In this document: in pieces, positions 39,570 to 52,035 of the stretch
How the letters are laid out: each line of letters starts with the position of its first letter
How positions within the stretch are numbered: position 1 is the first letter of the stretch
DNA from: Chiloscyllium plagiosum
Lineage: Eukaryota
DNA: 64,000 nt
Assembly (NCBI RefSeq): GCF_004010195.1
Contig: NC_057718.1
Span: 98,841,794 to 98,905,793 of the forward strand
Reading direction: 5' to 3'
Notes under the pieces: model-generated
What the model was told of the DNA's origin: nothing
Seen by the model: only the letters and a program-made list of their open reading frames with translations
Databases searched by the model: none
Program-made: the position numbers and the translations under genes

Positions 39570-40628
39570 ATCGGTGGGTTTGTAAAAATCGGTGGGTACC
39601 TAGATTACACCTCTTCCCACCCTACCTCTTGCAAAAATGCCATCCCGTATTCCCAATTCCTCCGCCTCCGCCGTATCTGCTCCCAGGAGGACCAGTTCCA
39701 CCACAGAACACACCAGATGGCCTCCTTTTTTAGAGACCGCAATTTCCCTTCCCACGTTGTTAAAGATGCCCTCCAACGCATCTCGTCCACATCCCACACC
39801 TCCGCCCTCAGACCCAACCCCTCCAACCGCAACAAGGACAGAACGCCCCTGGTGCACACCTTCCACCCTACCAACCTTCGCATAAACCAAACCATCCGCC
39901 GACATTTCCGCCACCTCCAAACAGACCCCACCACCAGGGATATATTTCCCTCCCCACACCTTTCCGNNNNNNNNNNNNNNNNNNNNNNNNNNNNNNNNNN
40001 NNNNNNNNNNNNNNNNNNNNNNNNNNNNNNNNNNNNNNNNNNNNNNNNNNNNNNNNNNNNNNNNNNNNNNNNNNNNNNNNNNNNNNNNNNNNNNNNNNNN
40101 NNNNNNNNNNNNNNNNNNNNNNNNNNNNNNNNNNNNNNNNNNNNNNNNNNNNNNNNNNNNNNNNNNNNNNNNNNNNNNNNNNNNNNNNNNNNNNNNNNNN
40201 NNNNNNNNNNNNNNNNNNNNNNNNNNNNNNNNNNNNNNNNNNNNNNNNNNNNNNNNNNNNNNNNNNNNNNNNNNNNNNNNNNNNNNNNNNNNNNNNNNNN
40301 NNNNNNNNNNNNNNNNNNNNNNNNNNNNNNNNNNNNNNNNNNNNNNNNNNNNNNNNNNNNNNNNNNNNNNNNNNNNNNNNNNNNNNNNNNNNNNNNNNNN
40401 NNNNNNNNNNNNNNNNNNNNNNNNNNCCTATCACCTTCATCCCCTCCCCCACTCACCTATTGTACTCTATGCTACTTTCTCCCCACCCCCACCCTCCTCT
40501 AGTTCATCTCTCCATGCTTTAGGCTCTCTGCCTTTATTCCTGATGAAGGGCTTTTGCCTGAAATGTCAATTTCGCTGCTCCTTGGATGCTGCCTGAACTG
40601 CTGTGCTCTTCCAGCACCACTAATCCAG
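39570..40628 (+). mobile_element. Penelope-like element (tentatively Neptune-type), 5'-truncated, spanning the assembly gap; ends in the family A HHR-bearing terminal repeat
   Basis: Open frame from 39597: YLDYTSSHPTSCKNAIPYSQFLRLRRICS...RTPLVHTFHP; after the gap CTGATGA at 40540-40546 and GAAATGTC at 40560-40567. Confidence 0.85.
39967..40426. other. Assembly gap (460 N)
   Basis: Run of N. Confidence 1.
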
Positions 40629-41511
40629 TATTCCAAAAGTGGTCTATCCAATGACCCGTACAGCTGTAACACGACCTCCCAGCTCCTATACTTAATGCAA
40701 TGACTAAAACGTGGTGAAGATTAGTCCTTGAGATTCCACAACAGTGGTCCCATGTGCTTCTTCAATCCTATATCCAAGAATTATTCGCTCATGTGATCCT
40801 TCAGTAAAACATCCTTTAATGGTTTTGAAGTGCAATTTTAAAAAATATTATGTGAAACTTGTTTTAAAGAAAGTGATGAGATTGCTAGGTGTATTGGTTC
40901 TGTAGTGACAGTTTCATCCTCAGTTTGAATCTAGGATGAAGAAAACATGCCAGTGGAAACTACACCACCAGGGAGTTTTTTTAATCCTAAAACTGCCTGT
41001 TGCAGAGTTTTGGCTTAATTCAGTAAAGCCTCATTTCAACTTTCCAGTGTCTTTACAATTCAAAAGCAAACCTCAACAGTTGAATTAACTCCTTGACTAC
41101 AAGCTGTTGTGCATGTGTTGTGTTGCCACGTGTTTAACAGAATGATACTCATATGTTGAATTAAGATTTTCAAAGATTTACGGGGGATTTAGTGTAAACC
41201 TATAGGTTAATGTAAACACCAGCTTTCACTTTTTGCGCTTGGCCTTTTTCCCTTTCCAGAAGCCAACCGCCACAGGGAAGAATTCAGCTCTTTCCCTTTA
41301 TAAATTAATTTCCAAGCGATGATACTTGACTATGAGGGGCACTATAACATTTACCAAGACCCACTGGCAAAACTGAGAAATAAGACAGATGGGGAGTGCT
41401 ATTCAAAATCTTATGACCAGGGATAGTACACCCCTCGCCGCAGCTACGTGCCCTGCTATCCTGAACTGCTGCAAGGGTACCAGAGGGCACTGCGTGCTTT
41501 CTCTCCAAAGA

Positions 41512-41730
41512 TAGGTGAAAGTGAGGATTGCAGATGCCGGTGATTTGAGTCGAGAGTGTGGTGCTCGAAAAGCAACAGCAGGTCAGGCAGCATCCAAGGA
41601 GCAGGAGAATCAACGTTTCGGGCAAAAGCCTAAATTCCTGATGAAGGGCTTTTGCCCGAAATGTCGATTTTCCTACTCCTCGGATGCTGCCTGACCTGCT
41701 GTTGCTTTTCGAGCACCACACTCTCAACTC
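41512..41730 (-). mobile_element. Family A palindromic mini-element
   Basis: Perfect 11-bp TSD ctctccaaaga (41501-41511, 41731-41741); ctgatgaagggcttttgcccgaaatgtc core. Confidence 0.88.
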
Positions 41731-42357
41731 CTCTCCAAAGACACCTGAGCGAGCACATAACTGTGAAAGATAAGCAGGGATAATGGACTCACGCTAAGAT
41801 ATGTTGCTGCCTACTTAGGACAGGCCCAGTAGTAGGCCTATGAGAGCCTCCTCAAAAACAGCCCAGTTTATTTTCTTTAGTAAGCAAGTACATTTTATGA
41901 ACTACTGTTACCAGAAATACTGTTACCATCTCTGGAGCAGGTGAACCTTGGCCTCCATGTCCAAAGGCAAGGAGATTACCACTACACTTCAAGAGTATTT
42001 TGTTGTATTTAAAGAAACCCACCATCAATCATCCAGCAGACAAATTATGAGGACTGTCTACTGGGTAAATAAAAATTGAAAATGGAAGGAAACAGGAAGA
42101 AATAGAACCCAGCTCTCATGTTCAACAAACCTGCTATGATACACATTTGGGACAGGTGAGATTTAAACCTGGCTGTAAGATAGGGACACTACCACTGGGC
42201 CATGAGAGACCCACTAAATCACATTTTTTTTTGAAAACCAACACTGAATAATCAATTATCCAATCAGGAATGAGCATGCACAGCCTACTAGGGGCCGTGT
42301 GACAATAAGGAAATACAAAAAGGGGAGGACACTAGGGAGGGAATCAATCAAAATGGT

Positions 42358-42571
42358 GTTAGAAGGAGGAGATAAGGGACTCCAGCCCCCACCTCTCTCT
42401 AAAGGCCTCAAGGACACCACATGCTCCTTCTGCAAGGACTCCTGGGTATGAACATAGCCATGGAAGTGGGGTGAGCAGTTAGAAGGAGGAGATAAGGGAC
42501 TCCAGCCCCCACCTCTCTCTAAAGGCCTCAAGGACACCACATGCTCCTTCTGCAAGGAAGTGGGGTGAGCA
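42358..42571. repeat. Local tandem duplication, 120-bp period, ~81 bp identical
   Basis: gttagaaggaggagataagggactcc...ccttctgcaagga at 42358 and 42478. Confidence 0.9.
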
Positions 42572-43159
42572 TTCGGAAGTTATGACCCTGCCCCCCCGCC
42601 CACATCATAACCCACTGCCTGCACTTATTGATGGTTACTTTAGATAGGAACAGGAACAGACCCAGAAGGGAATCCTCCTAAAGGAGCCTTACTCTTTTTT
42701 TATATATAAACAAAGAAACCCACCACCAAATTCACCGGTCACCTTGTGAACAAATTACATGGACTGCCTACAAGGACAATGACAATAAACAGTAATGGGA
42801 GGAAGTAAGTGAAGAGAGAAATCAGCTCTTTCTTTTTGACAAGAGATACAGAAGAGACCCGAAATGTTGACTTCTCCACCTCCTGATGCTGCTTGGCTTG
42901 CTGTGTTCTTCCGGCCTCCAGTTTGTCTACTTTCTTTTTGAAAACCCACCATCAAATCCCACCCATTTCACTTATCAAAGTGCCAATTAAAAAGCACTGT
43001 CCACCAGGGGCAGTACAACAACAAAAAAAAGGGCAAGAAGAGAGGGAGGGACTTAAATTAAAATGGATTTGGAGAGGGACATAATGCCAACCCCCACAGA
43101 GCCTACTTCTGTCTAAATGCCTCAAGGTGGAAACCAAGTGCTCCCACTCCAAGGATACG

Positions 43160-43505
43160 TGAATTTTTTCTTTATTAATTTCACGGGATGAGGGTGTCAT
43201 TGACTAGGCAGCATTTATTGCCAATTGCTAATTGCCCAGAGGGCAACTAAGAGTCAACCACATTGTTGTGGGTCTGGAGTCACATGTAGGCCAGACCAAG
43301 TAAGGATGGCAGCTTCCTTCCCTGAATGACATTAATGATCCAGATGGGTTTTTCCAACAATTGACAATGGGTTCATGGTCATCATAAGAGTCTTAGTTCC
43401 AGATTTTTAGTGAATTCAAATTCTACTGTCTGCCATGGCAGGATTCATTACCTGGGTCTCTGGATTAATAGACCAACGATAATACCACTAGAACATTGCC
43501 TCCCC
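43160..43505 (-). mobile_element. DeuSINE/SacSINE1-like SINE with L2-like tail
   Basis: Reverse complement of gggcaataaatgc tail and tctggcctacatgtgactccagaccc core; related copies at ~23740-23925 and ~54280-54490. Confidence 0.65.
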
Positions 43506-45849
43506 CTACAGAATGCATGAATACATGCTTTTCTTTTGTGAAAATGTGCAGTTCTGTTCTTATTGTAATAATTTTCTGCAATGTTTCTTTCTTCGCTGTT
43601 GGATTGTCCGCTCAATGGCTGATTGTGTACTTTGTTCTTCATGGGATGCAGACACTACCAGCATGTATTGCCCACTCCCACATCCACTTCAGAAGGTTGT
43701 GGTGAGCCACCTTATTGAACCCGCTGCCTGCCCATATGGTGAACAGACATCCAGAGTGTCGTTAGGTCAAGCTTTCTGGGATTTTGACCCAGGGAACAGT
43801 GAAGAAATGACAATGTGTTTGCAAGGTGGGATAGTGTGTGACCTAGGGAGAACTTCCAAATGATGGTGATCCCTTATGCCTGATGCCTTTATCTTTTCCA
43901 AAGGGTGGAAGGCGTTCCATGATGAATGTGGGCATTATGTTGCTTGTTTCTTATCTTGTCTTAAGAACGATGTTTTATAATAACCTTAGAGCTTTTTTCT
44001 GTTTTGAGGTTCTTCTGTATTTGTGAACAGTTTTGATTTCTTTTACACCGATTTGCAAAGCCACATTTTTTATATGCTCTTCAGCATATACCTTACTGTG
44101 CTCTCTCAGTTATTCTGCTTTTCTTTCTCTCTCTGTATATGCTAATGATTTTCAACTTGCCCCGGCTTAAAACCGATATTTCAGATCCATGTCCCAACTA
44201 GAGTCATAGAGTTGTACAGCATGGGAATGCACTTGACCAGATATCCTAAATTAATCTAGTCCCATTTGCCAGCACTTGGCCCATATCACTCTGAACCCTT
44301 CCTAGTCATATACTCATCCAGATGCCTTTTAAATGTTTTAATTGTACCAGCTTCCACCAATAATCTGTTTTCATTCATCTTAACCTTCCCCATGTTCCTG
44401 TATGAACTTCTAGAGATTTATAAAATCATGAGAGCATGAATAGGATGAATAGCCAAGGTCTTTTTCCCCAGGGTAGGGAAGTCCAAAACTAGATGGCATA
44501 GGTTTAAGGTGAGAGGGGCAGTGTTTTCACACAGAGGGTGGTGCATGTATGGATGGAACCGCCAGAGGAAGTGGTGGAGGCTGGTACAGTTACAACATTT
44601 AAAAGATATCTGGATGTTATATGAATAGGAAAGGTTTAGAGAGATAGGTGCCAAAAGGGACTGAATAAATGTAGAATTTCTGTTTGGCATGGACGGGTTG
44701 GTCTGAAGGGTCTGTTTCCTGCCGTGTATAATTCTATGATTCGATGACTATGTTGGTTTATTCAATAAAAATTGTACTGCCCATGTGCTGCATGTAAAAA
44801 AAATACAAATAATCCAGATAAAAAGCAAGTCACTGCAGATGCCACAGAACTGAAATGAAAACAGAAAATGCTGGAGAAACTTATCAGGTCTGACAGCATC
44901 TGTGGAGGGAGAAACAGAGTCCTTAGAGTTGGATATTGCATGTCAACATTTAACACTGAATGTCCCAATGTAAGAATTTGAGATGGAAATGCTTATGTAA
45001 AGATTTAAATATTTTCCGAACATGTCACACTGTAATCCCAAGTATAGGCATTTGGTGGTTCTGTGGAACAGTTGCTGAAATCTCTTCCTTTCATTTTCCT
45101 CTTCAGATAGGTGAATTGTTCATCACCTTATGGACATTTCTAAATAATTCTTCTACTCTTCTGTTTTAAGTCTACAGCGTTTGACAATCCCTGCTTCTCT
45201 TTTCCCCATTGCCAATCCAAAGTAACATCCTGTGACTTCCCCTGCACCATACCCATAATTCCTTTCTGTTCAAATATCTATCTATCTTTGTCTTAAAAGT
45301 ATTCAATGAGGTAGCCTCAACTACTTCCCTGGGCAGGGAGTTCCATAGGTTCACAACCCTTTGGGTTAAGAAGTTCTTCCTCAGCTCAGTCCTAAATCTG
45401 ACTCACTCTCTCTTTCTCTCTATACATCCCTCTCACTTCTTCTCAGTCTGATTTACTGCTTTCCTCCGTCCTTGCTGCCTCTGACTACACCTTCAGACAT
45501 ATGATTTCCCCTTGACCCAACCCCAACACAATACCTACACTAACTGCAAGATGCAGTGCAGAAATTCACCAAAGATCCTTAGACAACACCTAGCCATTTC
45601 CAACTAGAAGGACGAGGGCAGCAGAAACATGGGAACACCAACACCTGAGCCACTCACCATCCTGACTTGGAAATATATCACCATTCCTTCAGTGTCACTG
45701 GGTCAAAATCCTGGAATTTCCTCCCTAAGGGCATTGTACGTCTACCTACAGCACATGGACTGCAGTGATTCAAGAAGGCAGCTCACCATCACCTTGTCAC
45801 AGGCCACTAGGAATAGACAATAAATACTGGCCAGCCAGTGATGGCCAAG

Positions 45850-46362
45850 TACTGAGAAAGGATGTACTGCCATTGGAGGGGGTGCAAAGGAGGTTCACTT
45901 GGTTGATTCTGGAATTAAGAGGGTTGGCTTATGAGGAGCGATTGAGTAGACTGGGACTATACTCACAGGAATTTACAAGAATAAGGGGGATCTTATAGAA
46001 ACATGCCAAATTATATAGGGAATAGATTAAAAGCAGGGAGATTGTTTCCACTTGAGGGTGAAACTAGAACGAGGGGGCACAGCCTCAAAGTAAGGGGGAG
46101 AAGATTTAGGACTGAGCTGAGGAGGAACTTCTTCACCCAAAGGGTTGTGAATCTGTGTAACTCCCTGCCCAGGGAAGCAGTTGAGGCTACCTCATTGAAT
46201 GTTTTTAAGGCAAAGATAGATAGATATTTGAACAGTAAAGGAATTATGGGTATGGTGCAAGGGTGGGTAAGTGGAGCTATGTCCATGATCTTATTGAATG
46301 GCAAAGCAGGCTCAATGGGCCAGATGGCCTACCCCTCCTCCTAGTTCTTATGCTCTTATGTT
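45850..46362 (+). mobile_element. CR1 3' fragment
   Basis: TRGHSLKVRGRRFRTELRRNFFTQRVVNL. Confidence 0.9.
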
Positions 46363-46564
46363 CTCCCATCCCAATAAAAAAAATTCTGCCCCCCAATCTC
46401 CACGCTCTACAGTTCAACCCATCATTTTGTCAAGTGTCTTGACGTCTATCCCCAAATAGTATTGTAAAGTTTTCCCAAAGTGTTCCCTCACAATATTTCA
46501 TGAAGTCAAATAATTTGATACTTTTCGTAAGTTTTGCATGGAGGATTGGGCTTTCTGAAAATCT

Positions 46565-46861
46565 GGGCGGCACGGTGGCACAGTGGTTAGCACTGCTGCC
46601 TCACAGTGCCAGAGACCCGGGTTCAATTCCCGCCTCAGGCGACTGACTGTGTGGAGCTTGCACGTTCTCCCCGTGTCTGCATGGGTTTCCTCTGGGTGAT
46701 CCGGTTTCCTCCCACAGGTGAATTGGCCATGCTAAATTGCCCGTAGTGGTAGGTAAGGGGTAAATGTAGGGGCATGGGTGGGTTGCACTTCGGTGGGTCG
46801 GTGTGGACTTGTTGGGATGAAGGGCCTGTTTCCACGCTGTAATGTAATCTAATCTAATCTA
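46565..46861 (+). mobile_element. HE1/V-SINE-type SINE
   Basis: Head, core and (aatct)n tail. Confidence 0.92.
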
Positions 46862-47855
46862 AAAGCCACTGAACAACATAGGCAAGGAATGGTTCTTGAA
46901 TGACAAACAGAACTTTCCAAAGAGTTTTTCCATTTAAACTACAGAAAGATACATATTAGACTTCCTGAAATCTGCATCTGTATGATTAAGTTAATCTCTA
47001 ATCACACAACAGTATATTTTTCTGCTTCTCTCCCGTACGGCACATCTCCTCAAAAATTTGCTTTTTCTCCTCAATCCTCAACTTTTTCCTGGTGTCTTTC
47101 CAATGGCAGCTTTGGCATCCAAAGTTTCCTTAATTCCCTGAATTCTGTTCTTAGTTCTTTTTTTTGGCTCTGATCATATCCCTCACTTGACTGTACAATC
47201 TCTTCAATTGATATCCTGCACTCATTACCGACTCCCTACAAGTTTATGATTACGATGCACTGAAACCTGTCCCACAGTCCCACTCTTCCCCACTGACACC
47301 ACCTCCCCTCCAAGGCACTTCCCTCTCCTCCTACTGATTTCTACTAAATATCTATTCATAGAACAGAGAACATAGAAGAATACAGCGCAGTACAGGCCCT
47401 TTGCCCCTCGATGTTGCGCCGATCCAAGCCCACCTAACCTACACTAGCCCACTATCCTCCATATGCCTATCCAATGCCCGCTTAAATGCCCATAAAGAGG
47501 GAGAGTCCAATCCTCCATGCAAAACTTATGAAAAGTATTCCTTTCCATTTCATCCATCACACCCACCTCACCCCATCATTGCCATTGGAAAGGCCAGTCT
47601 GCGGACCGGCTCCCTAGCCTGGTCATCTAACAAACACCTCCATAATCTTGACTCCCTGCCCCCAGTCATAAAGTGCTGCTTTCTCCAACCTATCACCAAA
47701 CAACCTCTCACCTCAACTGGGATGGAGAAAAGAGGAAAGCTGATGAAAGGACACTGCATGGTAAAGAATAAGGAATGTTGCAGGGGAGAGAGAATCAGAC
47801 AAAGAAGAGAGTGAATGAAGCCTCCTTCTTGCTAAGATGGACATTCCAGGAGCGT

Positions 47856-48119
47856 AAGTACAACCTCGGTTATCCAAACATCAATTATCCAAATTTCGGA
47901 ATATCCAAACAAGATCTCAAGGTCCTGTAAAAACGGCATTAGGCAGCTCAGCATTCCGTTATCAGTTAAACAACATTACAGTGTGCATTGCCGGGTAACC
48001 GAGAATAACCAGCACTCATAAATTACCACATGTTTACAATCAGATCGATTATCTGAATGATTAATTATCCGAACAAGATACTCCACGCCCATCTCATTCG
48101 GATAATCGAGGTTCTACTG
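47856..48119. mobile_element. Tc1/mariner (Tigger/pogo-like) MITE
   Basis: Terminal inverted repeats agtacaacctcggttatccaaa / ttcggataatcgaggttctactg, with internal attatccgaa-like subterminal repeats. Confidence 0.65.
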
Positions 48120-50408
48120 AAAATTAAAAATAATAATAAGCATCTACTTCTACTTTATAAGGGTAGGGAGGGAAACAGGTGGAGGAAGTCTAGCACTGGG
48201 GCAGGAGTTGAAATCAGGCCATTCAGGAGAAAACTCAGAAAATACTTCTTTACAAAAAGAGAAGTGTGGAGAAGTCTCTCCATCAAAAGAAAAGCAGGTG
48301 CTAATGCAATTAATGATTTTAAATCTAATATCAAGAAATTCATTTGCAAGGTGAGAGGAAAAAGAGCCAAGGGGTGCAGATGGAGTTAAGATACAAATTA
48401 GACATGACCTTATTGAATGGTGGAACGGATTCATAATCATGTATTGTTCAACTCTTATTCATGTTTCTTATCTTCATGTATTAACTCACATTGTCACAGC
48501 TTGTCTTGAGGAAGCAGTAAGGAAACTGGGGAGAAGGGAATGTGAATGGATTGCCCAAGGATCAATCAAGAGAATCGATTCCATTTTCATTGTCTCTACC
48601 TTGCTGAGGCACGGTTGAGGAAAAATCTAGATTATTCGCTGCCTTATTTAAATCCTCATAGGTCTTCCTCATAGGTCTAGAGACAGTGAAGCTGAAAAAG
48701 ACACTTGGTTGGGGATTTAGTCTGATTGCTTCCTATCCTACTGGCTGTGGCCTCGATGGAGAATACCAGTAAAATTCTGCTCATTCAATTAACCAAAAAG
48801 AACACAAAAAAACCTAGCTGGATTCTACTTGCAAAGGGTGAAATGGGGTTTAAATTAAATATATGGAAATCAGACAAGCATGGTATTTGACCTATGGTAA
48901 CCCCTACAGCTGCTAAAAATCGTACATTTCTCATTCAGACCTGGCAATTTCCTTTCAAGATTACGTTGTCATCTGCTCGTACATAGTAAGTGGGAGGAAA
49001 TAAAGCAAAATGCAAGCAATAAGAAATAATTGCATTCATCTTTGTGCCTCCAGCTGTGCTTTATATAATCTATCAAATAAAATCGCTTCTATTTCTGCTT
49101 TACTCCTTTCTCCTTTTATTGTCTTCCCTACAGAGTTTACATGGGGTCCAATTTAAACTGTGTTAGTGAGTGGGTGTTGAATGAGTTTAAAATCCGGCCC
49201 TTACAGTTCAAGTCAGTACACACCATACCCCAACATCTCCTTCATGTCAGAGCAGGACATCCTGAGGTCTGAGGTACCTTTACAAAGACTGAACAACAAA
49301 TATGGGTCTTCTTATGTATCAGCAGCAGGCTGTGAACCTGCCCCCATGAGGTTGTCCAAGATAATGATGTTGCTTGGTTCGGCCACTGTTGGAATATTGC
49401 ATGCAATTCTGGTCTCCTTTCTATCGGAAAGATGTTGTGAAACTTGAAAGGGTTCAGAAAAGATTTACAAGGATGGGCTGGTACAATTACAACATTTAAG
49501 AGGCATTTGGATGGGTATATGAATAGGAAGGGTTTGGAGGGATATGGGCCGAGTGCTGGCAGGGGGGACTAGATTGGGTTGGGATATCTGGTCAGCATGG
49601 ACGAGTTGGACCAAAGGATCTGTTTCCATGCTGTACATCTCTATAACTCTATGTTTCACAAATGGATTCCTTGATCCTGGTTTATTTTCCAGGACCTGGT
49701 TGAGGTGCACAAGATTAAGGGTGGCATGGACAGGGTGCAAGGAAACAGCAATTCCTTTCAGTTGAAGGGTCAATAACAAAGGAGGACAATTTTAAAGTGG
49801 ACGGCAGGAGTTTAGAGGGGATTTGATGAAAAGTATTTTCACCCAGAGGGTGGTGGAGTCCAGAATGCACTGCCTGGGAGGGTATCTGAGGCAAGAAACC
49901 TCACAGTCTATAAGAAATGCTTGGGTGAGCACTTGAAATGTCATAACATTCAAGGCTATCGGCCAAGAGCTGGAAAGTGGGACTAGTGTAGGTAGTAGCA
50001 TTTCTTTGGCAGTACTTGGTGGGCTGTAAGGCCTCTCCTGTACTATATGATTCTATCATTCAATGATTCTACACCATTTGATAGCATCTTTTATCTTATG
50101 TAGCGAAACATCTGTCCTTGACGAATGTGTTGATGAAGCAAATTGAAATGCTGACGAAATTCTCTCCAATACGGTTTCCTATGTATATATAATTCGCAAG
50201 CTTTTGTTTTCAAAATGAATTGACTAATCGGGTATTGCTACATTTTAAAAACTAAATAAATGGAATTTCTCTGAGAATTCATGTGTCAGGAACATCTTGC
50301 TCCAATTGGAATGTCTCAATAATGAATCAAAATAGTACAAAATACTGTCACATGGGGAAGACCTTCTAGCTATATCGCTTGTCCCACACAGTTGCAATAC
50401 TTTGTGTA

Positions 50409-50684
50409 GGGTGTAGGTTTGCTCGCTGAGCTGTAGGCTTGATATCCAGACGTTTCATTACCTGGCTAGGTAACATCATCAGTGGCGACCTCCAAGTGAA
50501 GCGAAGCTGTCTATTTATATCTTTCTCCTGGAAGCAGGAGACAACAGCTTCGCTTCACTTGGAGGTCGCCACTGATGATGTTACCTAGCCAGGTAATGAA
50601 ACGTCTGGATATCAAACCTACAGCTCAGCGAGCAAACCTACACCCTAAACCTCAACCTGAGCTACAAACTTCACAAACCTTGCG
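50409..50684. mobile_element. Family C PLE-derived 276-bp hairpin element with an HHR on each strand
   Basis: Perfect 13-bp TSD aatactttgtgta (50396-50408, 50685-50697); ~104-bp inverted arms 50407-50510 / 50544-50647 with one mismatch. Confidence 0.92.
50569..50608 (+). ncRNA. Minimal type I hammerhead ribozyme motif (mirror copy on minus strand at 50446-50485)
   Basis: cca-CTGATGA-t-GTTACCT-agcc-AGGTAAT-GAAA-C-GTC-tgg: stem I cca/tgg, 7-bp stem II, palindromic ACGT stem III, GUC cleavage triplet ending at 50605. Confidence 0.8.
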
Positions 50685-51127
50685 AATACTTTGTGTACCC
50701 CACTATAAAAATTCTCCATTTCACCAAAACCCATGCGATCTTTTGGAAGAGGCGAGAAAAGCAGATTAAAAAGCCAGGTAAGAATTCGGGGAAATTAAAT
50801 GCAGGAAATTATTTCTGACCCTCAAAGCAATTGAAACTCATCAGGGAGATTTGGATGGTGGTGGTGGCACACTGTTGATGTTCAACGATATTCAGAATGC
50901 CAAGTCTATTTTCCTGGGAATGTAAGTTCAAATCCCATCAATAGAATCAGGGGTCAAATTTTCTAATCCCCCAAGGATTCTTTGTGAGAGATTCTCATGG
51001 ACTTCATTTTGATTTTTGGGGATCATTTTTAGTTTTTAGGGGCTCCTTTCTCATTCTCACTAACCTCTGTGCTGGATAACCACCCAGGGACGGAGTGCTT
51101 GCTGTTCTCACTCCTACCACTTTTTTA

Positions 51128-51433
51128 TGGGTGACACGGTGAGTCAGTGGTTAGCACTGCTGCCTCATAGCACCAGGGTACCAGGCTTAATTCTAGCCTT
51201 GGTCCAACTGTCTATGTGGAGTTTGCACATTCTACCTGTGTCTGTGTGGGTTTTCTCCGGTTTCCTCCCACAGTCCAAAGATGTGCAGGTCAGGTGAATT
51301 GGCCATGGGAAATTGCCCATTGTGTTAGATGCATTAGTCAGAGGGAAATGGGTCTGGGTGGATTACTCTTCAGAGGGTCGGTGTGGACTAGTTGGGCCGA
51401 ATGGCCTATTTCCACACTGTAGAGAATCTAATC
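51128..51433 (+). mobile_element. HE1/V-SINE-type SINE
   Basis: Head, core and tail. Confidence 0.88.
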
Positions 51434-51549
51434 ATAATGCAGTCCCATGGGAACATCTTCTTTTGTATTTATGTTGAATATGTTTTTGCAGCTTTGTTCC
51501 TTGGAAAGATAAGCTATACAAATACAAAGACTGTATTCAATATTTGCTT

Positions 51550-52035
51550 AAAGTTTTGTAGTTTGGGTGCTGGTTGCTTGGGTGGTTGTGGGTATGTTGG
51601 TCGAGTTGGGAAGTTGATTTGCAGACATTTCGGCCCCTGTCTGGGTGACATCTTCAGTGCTTTGGAGCCTATAGATGAGTGCCATGCTTCTACAAAATTC
51701 TCTGGCCACACACACAGATGACAAGGACCACAAATTCAACTGGGACAACACAATCATCATAGCTAAACAGAGGACAGCCAGAGAATTTCTAGAAGCATGG
51801 CACTCATCCACAGACTCCATCAACAGACACATAGACCTAGACCCAATATATCGGCAACTACAATGAACAACGGGAACCAGCAACCGGAAGCAACAGGATC
51901 AGAACCAGATAAATTCCAGGAGATACAGTACAGCAGCGCTTCACAGGAGGCTCCAAAGCCCTGAAGATGCCACCTAGACACGGGGAGGAAATGTCTGCAA
52001 ATCAACTTCCCAGCTCAGCGAACATACCCACAATT
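51550..52035. mobile_element. Penelope/Poseidon-type PLE 3' fragment with inverted terminal repeat; HHR-like motifs on both strands
   Basis: HKFNWDNTIIIAKQRTAREFLEAWHS..INRHIDLDPIY; HHR cores at 51621-51660 (-) and from 51961 (+). Confidence 0.85.

Larger units (their letters stand above)
39097..40705 (-). mobile_element. CR1 3' fragment split by a Penelope-like insertion
   Basis: CR1 sequence 39097-39569 resumes colinearly at ~40629. Confidence 0.8.

Noticed and set aside
39605..40502. Long ORFs of 194-283 aa
   Set aside because: Length is an artefact of reading through the N gap; only the PLE frame before the gap is meaningful
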